Positions 34,950 to 44,272 of a DNA stretch of 64,000 nt are shown here, piece by piece. A program made the translations under genes and the position numbers. Numbering within the stretch: the stretch's first letter is position 1; each line of letters begins with the position of its first letter. Source of the DNA: Candidatus Calditenuis fumarioli (GTDB lineage Archaea; Thermoproteota; Nitrososphaeria_A; Caldarchaeales; Calditenuaceae); assembly GCA_030059665.1 (NCBI GenBank), contig JANVYR010000003.1, positions 63,716 through 127,715 of the forward strand, read 5' to 3'. The notes beneath the pieces were generated by a model. The model worked only from the letters and a program-made list of their open reading frames with translations. It had not been told where the DNA came from and made no database searches.

Positions 34950-35180
34950 AGCAGAGGTGTGTTTGGGTTCCGCCAATGGTTGAGCGGACGCACTGGACGA
35001 ACTCGATCGAGCGGCTTCAAACCTGAACGCCTCAGATGAATTGAAAGCTGCCTTAAGGCCGACGCGCCGCCGAGAGTTAGCTTGGTCACATCTGATCCTG
35101 CTGCTTGACCCGTGCGGCGGAATGGTACGTCAGCACAACTCTTTTTAGCACGGCGATGCCATTAAACGCTTGGGACATCT

Positions 35181-36413
35181 TTGAGCGCCTCCGCTTATGA
35201 CGTCTGGAGTTTGGCAGACGAGTGGGGGCCGGAGAAGGTAGTATTCGCTTACGATCCCGACACGGGAATGAGGGGCGTGCTGGTGATCGACAACACGGCA
35301 ATAGGCCCCGGAAAAGGGGGAATCAGGTTCGCGCCTACGGTAACCCCTGTGGAGGTGTTCCGTCTGGCCCGGGTGATGACGTGGAAGTGCGCCCTCGCTG
35401 GGCTGCCTTTCGGAGGAGCGAAGGGCGGGTTAATGGGAGATCCCACGAAGGTCGACAGGGTAGCGTGGATGAGGTCCTTCGCAAAGGCGATCAAACCCTA
35501 CGTGCCTCTCCAATACGTCGCAGCAACAGACATGGGAACGACAGAGCTTGATATGGCCGTTTTCGCCCATGAGATAGGCGACGTCAGGGCGTGTACTGGA
35601 AAGCCGATGGAAATGGGAGGCATACCGCACGAGTTGGGCACAACGGGTTACGGCGTTGCGATAGCGACCGACCTGACACTCAAGACCCTACACGCGTACG
35701 GTACTGTTAACCTCGAACCCGAGAAAGCGACGATAGCCATACAGGGTTTCGGGAACGTTGGATCCTTCACCGCGAAGTTCCTTGACGAGCTGGGTTACAA
35801 AATAGTCGCAATAGCTGACATCACGGGATGCATATACGACCCAGAGGGTCTGGACATACCGTATATCATGAAGGAACTACAGGTGCGGGAGAACATCGAG
35901 AAGCTCTCCGGAAAGTACGAGGTATTGCCGAAGGAGAAGATCTTCGAGGTGAAGGCCGACGTCTTCATACCCGCTGCAACCTCCGACGTAATCAACCTCG
36001 AGACAGCACCGCTTCTGATCAAATCCGGGACGAAGTTGGTCATCGAGGCCGCCAACATACCCACGACGGCTGAGGCCGAGAAGCTGTTGATCCAGAGGGG
36101 AATCTGGGTGATGCCGGACTTCGTGGTCAACGCGGGGGGCGTCATAGGTTCCTATGTTGAGTACAAGGGTGGTACCGAAAAGGAAGCCTTCGACCTGATA
36201 AAGTACAAGATCAGCAGGAACGTAAAGCTCGTTCTCTCTATGGCGCATCAGAACGGGATGACGCCTAGGCAGGTCGCACTGGAGGTCGCTAAGGCGCGCG
36301 TCAGGAGAGCCATGCTGCTCAGGCGCGGTGCGATAACCGTTGCCCGTGAGTACTTCGCCCGACAGAAGCAACAGTACGAGCTGATGATCCCGAGCCTCAA
36401 GGAGGAGACGTGA
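35181..36413 (+). CDS. Glutamate (Glu/Leu/Phe/Val family) dehydrogenase
   Basis: GPGKGGIRF...TWKCALAGLPFGGAKGG catalytic Lys region; NAD-binding IQGFGNVG. TTG start at 35181, with a TATA-like ctttttag at about 35141. Confidence 0.88.
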   Translation: MSASAYDVWSLADEWGPEKVVFAYDPDTGMRGVLVIDNTAIGPGKGGIRFAPTVTPVEVFRLARVMTWKCALAGLPFGGAKGGLMGDPTKVDRVAWMRSFAKAIKPYVPLQYVAATDMGTTELDMAVFAHEIGDVRACTGKPMEMGGIPHELGTTGYGVAIATDLTLKTLHAYGTVNLEPEKATIAIQGFGNVGSFTAKFLDELGYKIVAIADITGCIYDPEGLDIPYIMKELQVRENIEKLSGKYEVLPKEKIFEVKADVFIPAATSDVINLETAPLLIKSGTKLVIEAANIPTTAEAEKLLIQRGIWVMPDFVVNAGGVIGSYVEYKGGTEKEAFDLIKYKISRNVKLVLSMAHQNGMTPRQVALEVAKARVRRAMLLRRGAITVAREYFARQKQQYELMIPSLKEET

Positions 36414-36523
36414 GGCGGTTGCTGGCGGCCGGATCCGGGAACGCCCCCTCGTTCTCGCCGCGCCACAGGAAGGGCCAGTCTCTCAGGGCCTTGGAAAGCG
36501 GGGAGTAACTGCTGGCAGTGCGA

Positions 36524-36832
36524 CTAACCTGTGCCGTATTTCCTCAGGTAGTAGCCCTCCTCCCGCATCTCGACGATGCTCCGGACGCCCTCCCTCCTGA
36601 TCCTCTCCCTCAGCTCGTTGGCCTGCTCTGGTCCGATCTCACCCCTCCTCTCGAGGTAATCTATCACCTCCAGGGCGCTCTCCTCGTCGGGACATCGGGC
36701 GAGGTAGTCGGTGACCGTGGGCGTGTATCCCCTGAGGACGTCGACCTTCACCTTGATGGGCTTGGACCTGGTCATCTCCTCGTACAGCGCCGGGAACAGC
36801 CTCCGGAAGTCTTCTACGTCCCACTCGCTCAT
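36524..36832 (-). CDS. Small conserved-looking archaeal protein (possibly DUF2095-like)
   Basis: 102 aa; the pattern FRRLFPALYEEM...GYTPTVTDYLARCPDEESALEVIDYLERRGEI resembles an archaeal family as I recall it. Not verified. Confidence 0.4.
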   Translation of the reverse strand: MSEWDVEDFRRLFPALYEEMTRSKPIKVKVDVLRGYTPTVTDYLARCPDEESALEVIDYLERRGEIGPEQANELRERIRREGVRSIVEMREEGYYLRKYGTG

Positions 36833-36893
36833 CGACCCGAGTTTTCCTCTCTATGGTAAATTCTTTGCTCGGGGTAACGCGGACGGGAGGGAC

Positions 36894-37730
36894 ATGGGTG
36901 AAGGCGCCGCTGGGGCCGCACGCGTCGTCAGCTTCCTTACCGACTACGGCCTGGACGACCCCTACGTCGGCGAGGTCAAGGCGAGGATGCTGAGCGTCTG
37001 CGGGGAGATTCGGGTGATCGACGTAACCCACTCGGTGGAGCGCCAGAACGTCCTTCACGGCGCCTTCCTGCTCTACCTCTCCTACAGGTTCTTCCCTGAG
37101 GGGACGGTCCACCTCGCGGTGGTAGACCCGGGCGTGGGAACGGAGAGGCGGTGCATTGCCATCAGGACGAGGAGGTACTGGTTCGTGGGGCCTGACAACG
37201 GGCTCCTCTATCCGGCCGCGAGCGAGGACGGAATCCTCAGGTGCTACGAGATCGACCTCGATGCCTACCCGAGGTACGGCGGCGAGACGTTCCACGGAAG
37301 GGACGTCTTCGGGCCGGTGGCGGCGGAGCTGGCGTGCGGCGCGTCTCCGAAGATGCGGGAGGTGGACCCCGAGACCGTGCAGAAGCTCGACTTCGGAAGG
37401 CCCGTGGTCACCGATCGGGGAGTCAGGGTGAGGGTGCTACATGTCGACCGCTTCGGGAACTGCATCACCAATCTGAGGGCCGACGAGCTCCCATCGTGGA
37501 TGAGATACGGAGACACGTTCAGCGTGAGGTCAGCGGGAAAAGAGGTCAGGGCCAGGTTCGCGAGGGCCTACGGCGAAGTGCAGCCGGGGAAGTTCCTGCT
37601 GACCGTCGGCGGCACGGGCTTCCTCGAGGTCTCGGTGAGCATGGGCGACGCGGCGAGGCAGTTGGGTGTCAGACCTGGCTCGGAGCTCGTCGTTGAGCAA
37701 AACGAAGTAGGAAGTGTGGATCGGGGTTAG
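36894..37730 (+). CDS. SAM hydroxide adenosyltransferase / SAM hydrolase (DUF62, fluorinase-chlorinase fold family)
   Basis: [21 protein letters not shown]...VIDVTHSV...[11 protein letters not shown]...FVGPDNGLL...[15 protein letters not shown] 36894 is preferred over the track start 36711. Confidence 0.85.
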   Translation: MGEGAAGAARVVSFLTDYGLDDPYVGEVKARMLSVCGEIRVIDVTHSVERQNVLHGAFLLYLSYRFFPEGTVHLAVVDPGVGTERRCIAIRTRRYWFVGPDNGLLYPAASEDGILRCYEIDLDAYPRYGGETFHGRDVFGPVAAELACGASPKMREVDPETVQKLDFGRPVVTDRGVRVRVLHVDRFGNCITNLRADELPSWMRYGDTFSVRSAGKEVRARFARAYGEVQPGKFLLTVGGTGFLEVSVSMGDAARQLGVRPGSELVVEQNEVGSVDRG

Positions 37731-39502
37731 GCGACGATCTCGGGCTTGAGCGCGGAGATAGCGGATCTGACCTCCTCCTCGAGCTGGAGCAGCCGATCCG
37801 CGTCCTCGTTCGGGACTTCGGCCTTGGCCCTCATCAGCTTCGCTATGACCGGGAGCTGCCGTATCTTCGCGAGAGGAACGCCCCTGTTCAGCGCCTCCTC
37901 GGCGAGCCTGTGGAATGTGACGAAGAGCCTCAGCATCAGGTACTGCTTCTTGGTGCTGCAGTAGGAGTCGATCTGGTCGAAGGCGCTCTGCTGGAGGAAG
38001 CCCTCCCTGATCATCCTGCCGACGTCGAGGATCAGCTTCTCCTCGTCCGCGAGGGACTCGGGACCCAGCAGCCTCACGAGCTCCAGCAGCTCCTCCTCCC
38101 TCCTGAGCAGCCGGTAGAGGTAGGACCTGAGCTCGTACCAGTCGGCGGCCACGTTCGAGGACCACCAGCTCCTGACGGTCTCCACATAACCCGAGTAGCT
38201 CATCATCCAGTTGATGGCGGGGTAGTGCCTGGTGTAGGCGAGGTTCGGGTCGAGCGCCCAGAAGGTCCTGACGAACCTGAGCGTGTGCGTCGTCACCGGC
38301 TCCGTGAAGTCCCCTCCAGGAGGCGATACTGCGCCGACGATGGTGAGGCTGCCCACCCTCTCCGGCCTCCCGAGGACCTCGACCCTGCCCGCGCGCTCGT
38401 AGAACTCCGCGAGCCTGCTGGCGAGGTAGCTCGGGTAACCCTCCTCCGCGGGCATCTCCTCGAGCCTGCCGCTGATCTCCCTGAGGGCCTCCGCCCACCT
38501 ACTGGTCGAGTCGGCCACCAGCAGCACGTCGTAACCCATGTCCCTGTAGAACTCGGCGATGGCCGCGCCGGTATAGATGCTCGCCTCCCTGGCTGCCACG
38601 GGCATGTTGCTGGTGTTCGCGATCAGAACGGTCCTCTCCATCAGGGGCCTTCCGGTGTAGGGGTCTGTCAGGTGCGGGAACTCCGTCAGGACCTCCGCCT
38701 CCTCGTTCCCCCTCTCGCCGCATCCTATGTGGAGGATCACCTTCGCATCGCTCCACTTGGCAAGCTGGTGTAAAGTCACGGTCTTACCCGTCCCAAAGGC
38801 TCCCGGTATGCAACCGGTACCGCCCTTCGCCATGGGGAAGAGCGTGTCGAGAACCCTCTGTCCGGTTATCAGGGGGACCTCGGGATCCAGCCTCCTCCTG
38901 ATCGGCCTCGGGACCCTGACCGGCCACCGGTGGGCCATCCGCACCTCGTACCTCCCGTCCTTGGACTCGACCGTGGCCACGACGTCGTTGATCGTGTATT
39001 CGCCCTCTGGTGCTACATCGACCAACTTTCCCGGCTTCGCGTCCGGCGGGACCATGATCTTCGTCGTGATCAGCGGAGTCTCCTGCACCTCGCCGATAAC
39101 CGTCCCTGGCTCGACCTCCTCGCCCCTCTTGACGGTCGGTACGAAGTGCCACTTCTTGTCCTCGGGTATCGGAGGAACGGTCACTCCCCTCTTGACGAAG
39201 GGGCCGACGCGCTCGGCGATCTTGTCGAGGGGCCGCTGGACGCCGTCGTAGACGCTCCCTATCATCCCAGGTCCCAGCGTCACCGAGAGCGGCAGGCCAG
39301 TCCCGACAACTGGCTCACCGGGCGATAGGCCGGATGTGTTCTCGTAGACCTGGATGAACGCGACGTCACCCGTGAGCTTGATCACCTCTCCGACGAGGCC
39401 GTCCTTGCCGACCCTGACGACCTCGTACATCCGAGCCCCCATCATCCCGTCCGCCTTGACCGCAGGCCCAGCGACCCAGACGATCTTTCCCTTAACCGGC
39501 AT
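37727..39502 (-). CDS. atpA: A-type (V-type) ATP synthase catalytic subunit A
   Basis: Walker A GAFGTGKT; GERGNE; a non-homologous-region insert typical of A subunits. 591 aa, no intein. Confidence 0.95.
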   Translation of the reverse strand: MPVKGKIVWVAGPAVKADGMMGARMYEVVRVGKDGLVGEVIKLTGDVAFIQVYENTSGLSPGEPVVGTGLPLSVTLGPGMIGSVYDGVQRPLDKIAERVGPFVKRGVTVPPIPEDKKWHFVPTVKRGEEVEPGTVIGEVQETPLITTKIMVPPDAKPGKLVDVAPEGEYTINDVVATVESKDGRYEVRMAHRWPVRVPRPIRRRLDPEVPLITGQRVLDTLFPMAKGGTGCIPGAFGTGKTVTLHQLAKWSDAKVILHIGCGERGNEEAEVLTEFPHLTDPYTGRPLMERTVLIANTSNMPVAAREASIYTGAAIAEFYRDMGYDVLLVADSTSRWAEALREISGRLEEMPAEEGYPSYLASRLAEFYERAGRVEVLGRPERVGSLTIVGAVSPPGGDFTEPVTTHTLRFVRTFWALDPNLAYTRHYPAINWMMSYSGYVETVRSWWSSNVAADWYELRSYLYRLLRREEELLELVRLLGPESLADEEKLILDVGRMIREGFLQQSAFDQIDSYCSTKKQYLMLRLFVTFHRLAEEALNRGVPLAKIRQLPVIAKLMRAKAEVPNEDADRLLQLEEEVRSAISALKPEIVA

Positions 39503-39660
39503 CTCGAGACCATCCGTTTCTCACGGTATAAGTATCTCACCGCATCGAAGATCGGTCTTGCCGGGCGCGTAAGCCCGGCCCTTTGACGGCCGGGTGGCGC
39601 TCACGGCGACGTCCCCGTTCGCCAAGGCATGCGGTTTTCCGAACCCGAAGGGGGAGGCGG

Positions 39661-40092
39661 TCACCTGGCCGTCGAGAACCTCCACCCTCCCTGCTCGGGT
39701 CTCACCACGCCCGTGCCCTTCAGCCTCTCCAGAACCTCCTTGGCCCTCGCGAAAGTGCCGTCATCGATCACCGGTATGCCGTACTCCACGATCTCCAGGA
39801 CGATGACGTTCAACCTCTCCAGCATCTCCAAAAACTCACCCGGAAAGTACCCTATCGCCCTGACGCCCACGTGCGGGTAGAGGGAGGAAAGGGAGCGGCG
39901 TGCGAGCTCGTCCTCCGGCAGGTTCTCGGCTATCACGCAGACGTCCACGTCGCTCTCCTCGGTGTAGTCGCCCTTCGCGTAGGAGCCGAAGAGGATCACC
40001 GAACGGGGCCTCACGTCGGCCTCCGCGAGCTTCTCCGCGTACTCCTTGACCCTCTCCAGGGCAGCAGCCCTAAGCCTCTCCTTGTAGGACAT
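39661..40092 (-). CDS. Minimal nucleotidyltransferase (MNT-type) protein
   Basis: ILFGSYAKGDYTEESDVDVCV is the G-S-x(n)-D-x-D polymerase-beta-like NTase motif. Confidence 0.85.
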   Translation of the reverse strand: MSYKERLRAAALERVKEYAEKLAEADVRPRSVILFGSYAKGDYTEESDVDVCVIAENLPEDELARRSLSSLYPHVGVRAIGYFPGEFLEMLERLNVIVLEIVEYGIPVIDDGTFARAKEVLERLKGTGVVRPEQGGWRFSTAR

Positions 40093-40468
40093 GCCTCCTC
40101 GCCCACTCCAGAATCCTCTCAGCCCTCCCTGCTGCGTCGCGTGCCTGCCACTCGGTGAACTTGTCCTTGGCAGGACCTGCCGTAAAGGCGTTCGCGTACC
40201 TCGTCGGAATGTAGTACTGGTCGAGGACCCGCACGTCGTCCCAGAACTTCCCGGATTCCGGGAGGTGCTTTACCAGCTCCTGGAGGAGGTCGACCGAAGA
40301 GTTGGTTCTTCTCTCAACTCCCAATTTCTGCAACACGGCCTTCAGGGCCAGATCGGCAGCCTGCTGGGCATTGAAGCAGACCTTGCTCCACCTCCCGCTC
40401 GCCAGGAGGTCCTTTGCGGCCCCCAGGAAGTCCTCCGCGTCGGCCAGCAGGTCCTTCGACCTGTCCAC
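40070..40468 (-). CDS. HEPN domain protein
   Basis: Four-helix pattern with A..FL..A..L...G.W....F.A.QA.E.ALKA and LD.YYIPTRY. GTG start. It overlaps the downstream NTase gene by 23 nt. Confidence 0.85.
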   Translation of the reverse strand: MDRSKDLLADAEDFLGAAKDLLASGRWSKVCFNAQQAADLALKAVLQKLGVERRTNSSVDLLQELVKHLPESGKFWDDVRVLDQYYIPTRYANAFTAGPAKDKFTEWQARDAAGRAERILEWARRHVLQGEA

Positions 40469-40492
40469 GGGTTTTCTAACGAGACGCCGTGG

Positions 40493-40499
40493 TATAAAT
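40493..40499 (-). promoter_or_regulatory. TATA-like box for the HEPN-NTase pair
   Basis: The minus strand reads ATTTATA, 25-31 nt upstream of GTG 40468. Confidence 0.4.
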
Positions 40500-40644
40500 C
40501 AAGAAGCCATAATCGGAGTTTGACGGCCCGTCCGGACCCGAGGAGAGCGGCAACGCGATCGCACCCTCACAATCAACCCCTCACCCGCTCTAATCGCGCT
40601 CACGATCCGCTCATACCCTTCTCTTCGCCGACGATGAGATGGTG

Positions 40645-40756
40645 CGCCGGGGGCGGGACTCGAACCCGCGCGCCCCCCGAGGGGGCAGCGGCTGTCGCGT
40701 CTGGCCAGAACCTAGGGATCTCGAGGCCGCCCCAATGGCCGCTATGGGACCCCGGC
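40645..40756 (-). tRNA. tRNA-Ser (anticodon CGA) with a ~26-nt intron at the canonical 37/38 position (about 40694-40719)
   Basis: The reverse complement has acceptor GCCGGGG/CCCCGGC, discriminator G, and anticodon stem GCGGC...GCCGC interrupted after CUCGAG by AUCCCUAGGUUCUGGCCAGACGCGAC. It also has a long variable arm GCCCCCUCGGGGGGC and T-arm GCGGG-UUCGAGU-CCCGC. Mature length is 86 nt. Confidence 0.85.
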
Positions 40757-40781
40757 CCGAGACGTCCATCCCGACGGAGGG

Positions 40782-40788
40782 ATTTTAC
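40782..40788 (-). promoter_or_regulatory. TATA-like box for tRNA-Ser
   Basis: The minus strand reads GTAAAAT, 26-32 nt upstream of the tRNA 5' end at 40756. It overlaps the stop codon of the upstream gene. Confidence 0.35.
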
Positions 40789-42296
40789 CTTGAGCCGGAC
40801 TGTCCCCTCCTCCTGGAGAGGAGGCCCCGGAGCAGCAGGTAACCGAGAACCGATGCCTGCAGAAGCGCTGCGGCGAGAAGGGCCGTCGCCTCCTCGGTCA
40901 GGCTGTACACCACCAGCTCCACGCTGACGTCGGAGAGGGCGCTGACCACTTTGGAGACCGTGCCGAAAGGCGTGACCGCGGTCAGGTTGTAGTAACCCGA
41001 GGGGAGCCTGAGGGTGGTGCGACCCGGAACCCTGATCGGGCCACTGCCGTTCACCAGGAGCTGCGCCTCCAGCAACCTGTCCGAGCCAGCAACCCTCACG
41101 CGGAGGTCGACGTTGGAGACCGGGACCGAGACGATCGTGACCTCGTTGGGCCTGAGGATGACCTCTCCGACAAGTTGAGAGACGTCGAAGCCGTAAACCC
41201 GCAATTTTTCCAGCTCGAGAGGCCCGGAGCTGCCCTGCGGTGGAACGCCGATCGTCGAGGGCAGGAAGTAGGTGACGATGCCGACCCTGAACGCGACGTG
41301 GCCTCGAAGCGAGGCCGAATAGTCCTCTATGAAGGACATCCTCCTGGCGTCGATCACCATCAGCCCGTAGTGCGGAACCCTGAAGCGCAGCCTCTCTACT
41401 GAACCACTCCTGTAGTTGAGGTAGATCAGCTCCAGGTCCCTCTCGAGCAGGTCGACAACCGGCACCGTCTTGGTGCTGGTGAGCCTGGGAACCGAGGACC
41501 CGAACGGCGAGACCTCGATCCGCTGGGTGAAGGTGACGCGCTGACCCGTTGGGGAGATCCCGACCACCTGGACCAGAACGGTTCCGTACCTCATGGGGAA
41601 GGTGCCTCCGGGGCCGACGGTGCCGAGGAGGGGGAGACGCACGGTGAAGTTCGTCATGCCGAAGGGGAGGTCGAAGTCGTACCTCGCTATCACGGCGTCG
41701 GTGCTGTAGCTGAAGGGGATTCCTCCGACCGTGCCCGTCAGCGATACCCTGTCTGGATACATCAGGTAGACCACCGCGCCCCTCAGGGGCACCGGCACGT
41801 TCACGGTCAGCTCCTGACCCGGCAGCACCCTCGGCACACCATCGGCATCAGACCGCTCGGTCGTCTCGAAGCCCACGGCGGAGGAGCCCTGGACCCTGAG
41901 AAGGACCAGGTCCTCGGACCACCTCTCGATCGAGAGCGTCCCGAAGAGGGGTGCCGCGGGATCTACGACCCTTATCGTCATCCTCTGGCCCGAGGGGTCC
42001 TCGAGGAACCAAGTCCCAACGTCCTGCGGGCCGAAGGTCCTGACGGCTACGCGGGTCCTCGGCTTGAGCGTGACCGTTACCTGGTCGCCGGATGGAGGAA
42101 TGAGCTTCAGCACGACCTCTGTCGACGGCGAGAAGGCGGTCAACGTCTCACCTGCCATGAAGACCAGCTCCGAGCCGCCGACGAAGGGGAGGTAGCTCCA
42201 GCCGCCGTAGCCCAGCAGCAACGGGAAGGTCTCCTGGGCGTTGGAGACCTGGAGAGGGAACGCTGGGAGCACGAGAAGGATCAGCAGGATCGCCAC
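40785..42296 (-). CDS. Secreted beta-rich multidomain protein with a C-terminal TM anchor and basic tail (last gene of the MoxR operon)
   Basis: Signal-like N-terminus MAILLILLVLPAFPLQVSNAQ. A C-terminal PEGA/CarboxypepD_reg-like stretch (LLVNGSGPIRVPGRTTLRLPSGYYNLTAV) is followed by ALLAAALLQASVLGYLLL-RGLLSRRRG. GTG start 1 nt after the upstream stop. Confidence 0.5.
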   Translation of the reverse strand: MAILLILLVLPAFPLQVSNAQETFPLLLGYGGWSYLPFVGGSELVFMAGETLTAFSPSTEVVLKLIPPSGDQVTVTLKPRTRVAVRTFGPQDVGTWFLEDPSGQRMTIRVVDPAAPLFGTLSIERWSEDLVLLRVQGSSAVGFETTERSDADGVPRVLPGQELTVNVPVPLRGAVVYLMYPDRVSLTGTVGGIPFSYSTDAVIARYDFDLPFGMTNFTVRLPLLGTVGPGGTFPMRYGTVLVQVVGISPTGQRVTFTQRIEVSPFGSSVPRLTSTKTVPVVDLLERDLELIYLNYRSGSVERLRFRVPHYGLMVIDARRMSFIEDYSASLRGHVAFRVGIVTYFLPSTIGVPPQGSSGPLELEKLRVYGFDVSQLVGEVILRPNEVTIVSVPVSNVDLRVRVAGSDRLLEAQLLVNGSGPIRVPGRTTLRLPSGYYNLTAVTPFGTVSKVVSALSDVSVELVVYSLTEEATALLAAALLQASVLGYLLLRGLLSRRRGQSGSR

Positions 42297-42297
42297 C

Positions 42298-43014
42298 TCA
42301 ACCCCTGCCGAGCGCGAAGGCGACGAGCCCAGAGGTCACCACCGCGAAGGACGCTAGCAGCAGGATGAAAAGGGTCACGTCCTCGAAGAGGAGCGAGTAG
42401 AGGACGGTCACCGCGGTCAGCCCCACGGCCCCGGCACCTGCGACCATCACCGGCCTGTAGAAGGGTTCCGCGCCGCCACCGATCCTGAGGTGGAGGTGAA
42501 CCACGAGGGCCACGAGCGATATCGCGACCAGCGGGGTCAGGTACATCAGCGTCTGCTCGTTCAGAGCGTTCCCCTCGAACTCCGCAGGCGATATGATGGC
42601 CTGCACCAGCGAGTAGAGGACCATCTTCGGGTCGCCCTTCGCGGCGTTGACGCCTCCGTAAACGATGGCGCCCGAGACCACCGACGAGAGGTAAGATCCC
42701 AGGACACCTGAGGTCGTGGAGCCCCGCAGCAGCGAGAACGCCGAGAGGATGGGGAGGCTCAGGACGTAGCACCCTGCGAGCTCCATCAGGAACTGTCCCC
42801 TCCCCATCAGCATCTCGTAGATGCTGTAGATCGCCGGGGCGTAGATCATCAGGATGCCGAGGTTCTGGTACCTGAGCGGCAGGAACACCGACGGCAGCGA
42901 GAGGATGCCGAGGACCGTGAAGGGAGTCGCCCTCACCAGAGAGAGCGAGAGGGCAGTGAGGTAGATGGACGGCATGAGGGCCAGCGTGCCGGAGAGAAGG
43001 CTACCAACCCTCAT
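42298..43014 (-). CDS. Polytopic membrane protein (about 7 TM), unknown family
   Basis: 238 aa, hydrophobic throughout. Its start overlaps the DUF58 gene by 14 nt. Confidence 0.5.
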   Translation of the reverse strand: MRVGSLLSGTLALMPSIYLTALSLSLVRATPFTVLGILSLPSVFLPLRYQNLGILMIYAPAIYSIYEMLMGRGQFLMELAGCYVLSLPILSAFSLLRGSTTSGVLGSYLSSVVSGAIVYGGVNAAKGDPKMVLYSLVQAIISPAEFEGNALNEQTLMYLTPLVAISLVALVVHLHLRIGGGAEPFYRPVMVAGAGAVGLTAVTVLYSLLFEDVTLFILLLASFAVVTSGLVAFALGRG

Positions 43015-44272
43015 GGAGCAGCGCCCTCCTGATGACGTAGAGGCTCGGGGAGCGGCCCAGCCTCCTCACCTCGCACCCAACCGGCAGGCCCGAGAGGTAA
43101 ACTCCCTCGCAGGCCTTCAGGGCGTCGAGCACCAATCTGTCCAGCGCAGCTCCGAACTCGCCGAGGTCAGGGAGCACGACGGTCACCCTGCATCCCCTTT
43201 TGACCGCCGAGGAGATCAACCCGGTAAGGGCCCTCGAGTTCCTTGAGCAGACGGAGGTGTAAACGATGACGTAGCTGCCGGACATGAGGACGCCCTCGAG
43301 TTCACGGGCCTCCAACGATGTCACCGGCCGATCGTCTACGTCGACGCCCGAGAGCGCCACCGAGAGCTCCGCCACGGACCTGCACCAGAAGACCCTGGGT
43401 CCCTCCGAGCGGACCAGCACCAGCCTGAAGGAGCTGCCTTGATCGATCGCGGACTTTCCGGTCATCCACACGACGCCGAGCACCGTGTCGAGGTAGTCAT
43501 CATCGGTTCCGAAGGACATCTCCGGCGCGCAGTCCACCACCGCAACCACGTTCCCCCTGCCGAGGCGATCGTACCGCTTCACCAGTAGGGCGTCCTCGTC
43601 CGTCAGCGCGGCCGTCCTGCGCCAGTGCACGTCCCTGACCTTGTCTCCCTCAGCGAAGGGCCTGACCCCGACGAAGCTGTGCTCGTCACCTATCGCGGTG
43701 TTCAGGACAGTTCCTGAGCCAGGTGTTAGGCGGACCATCGAGGTCGTCCAGAAGCCTGCATGCCTGGTGCGCTCGAAGGGCACCAAGACCTCCATCGGCG
43801 CTGGGACGAAGAGCGACCTCCTGACGAGCCCGAGCGGGTCGTAAAGGACCACCTTCGCGCCTTCGAACTTCACGGCCCTGTAACCTGACCAGACGGCGGC
43901 CTCGTAGGAAAGCGACAGCGCTGTGCGGCCCGAGACCCTGGCCCTGATCGAGGTGCTACCGGAGACCACACGGATGCCCGACGGGACCAGATCGCGGACC
44001 TCGACCGTACCATACCACTCCAGCTCGAGCGACAACCTCACCTCGAACTTTGAACCCCTAAGGACCTCGACGGAATGGAGGCCCCGGTTTGCCCTGATGG
44101 ACTCCGGCGTGACCGAGGCGAGCCTGCGCGAGGCCACGACCACGTAGAGCGAGAAGAAAGAGGTGAGGAAGGTGAGGGCCAGCAGCATCATCGGGTTGTA
44201 GAGGAAGGTTGAGAAGAGCAGCAGCGACAGCGTCAGCTCCACCAGAACCGCCTTGGCCTCCGGCGTGATCAC
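43001..44272 (-). CDS. DUF58 family protein (vWA-like, MoxR-associated)
   Basis: N-terminal TM hairpin, then the signature FVGVRPFAEGDKVRDVHWRRTA. The GTG start overlaps the MoxR stop (GTGA). Confidence 0.8.
   Translation of the reverse strand: MITPEAKAVLVELTLSLLLFSTFLYNPMMLLALTFLTSFFSLYVVVASRRLASVTPESIRANRGLHSVEVLRGSKFEVRLSLELEWYGTVEVRDLVPSGIRVVSGSTSIRARVSGRTALSLSYEAAVWSGYRAVKFEGAKVVLYDPLGLVRRSLFVPAPMEVLVPFERTRHAGFWTTSMVRLTPGSGTVLNTAIGDEHSFVGVRPFAEGDKVRDVHWRRTAALTDEDALLVKRYDRLGRGNVVAVVDCAPEMSFGTDDDYLDTVLGVVWMTGKSAIDQGSSFRLVLVRSEGPRVFWCRSVAELSVALSGVDVDDRPVTSLEARELEGVLMSGSYVIVYTSVCSRNSRALTGLISSAVKRGCRVTVVLPDLGEFGAALDRLVLDALKACEGVYLSGLPVGCEVRRLGRSPSLYVIRRALLHEGW

Noticed and set aside
34950-35180. 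C/D-box-like AGAUGAAUUGA ... CUGA in the rps3ae-gdh spacer
   Set aside because: The C box is not UGAUGA, there is no terminal stem and no internal boxes. The spacer is more simply explained as the promoter region of the GDH gene.
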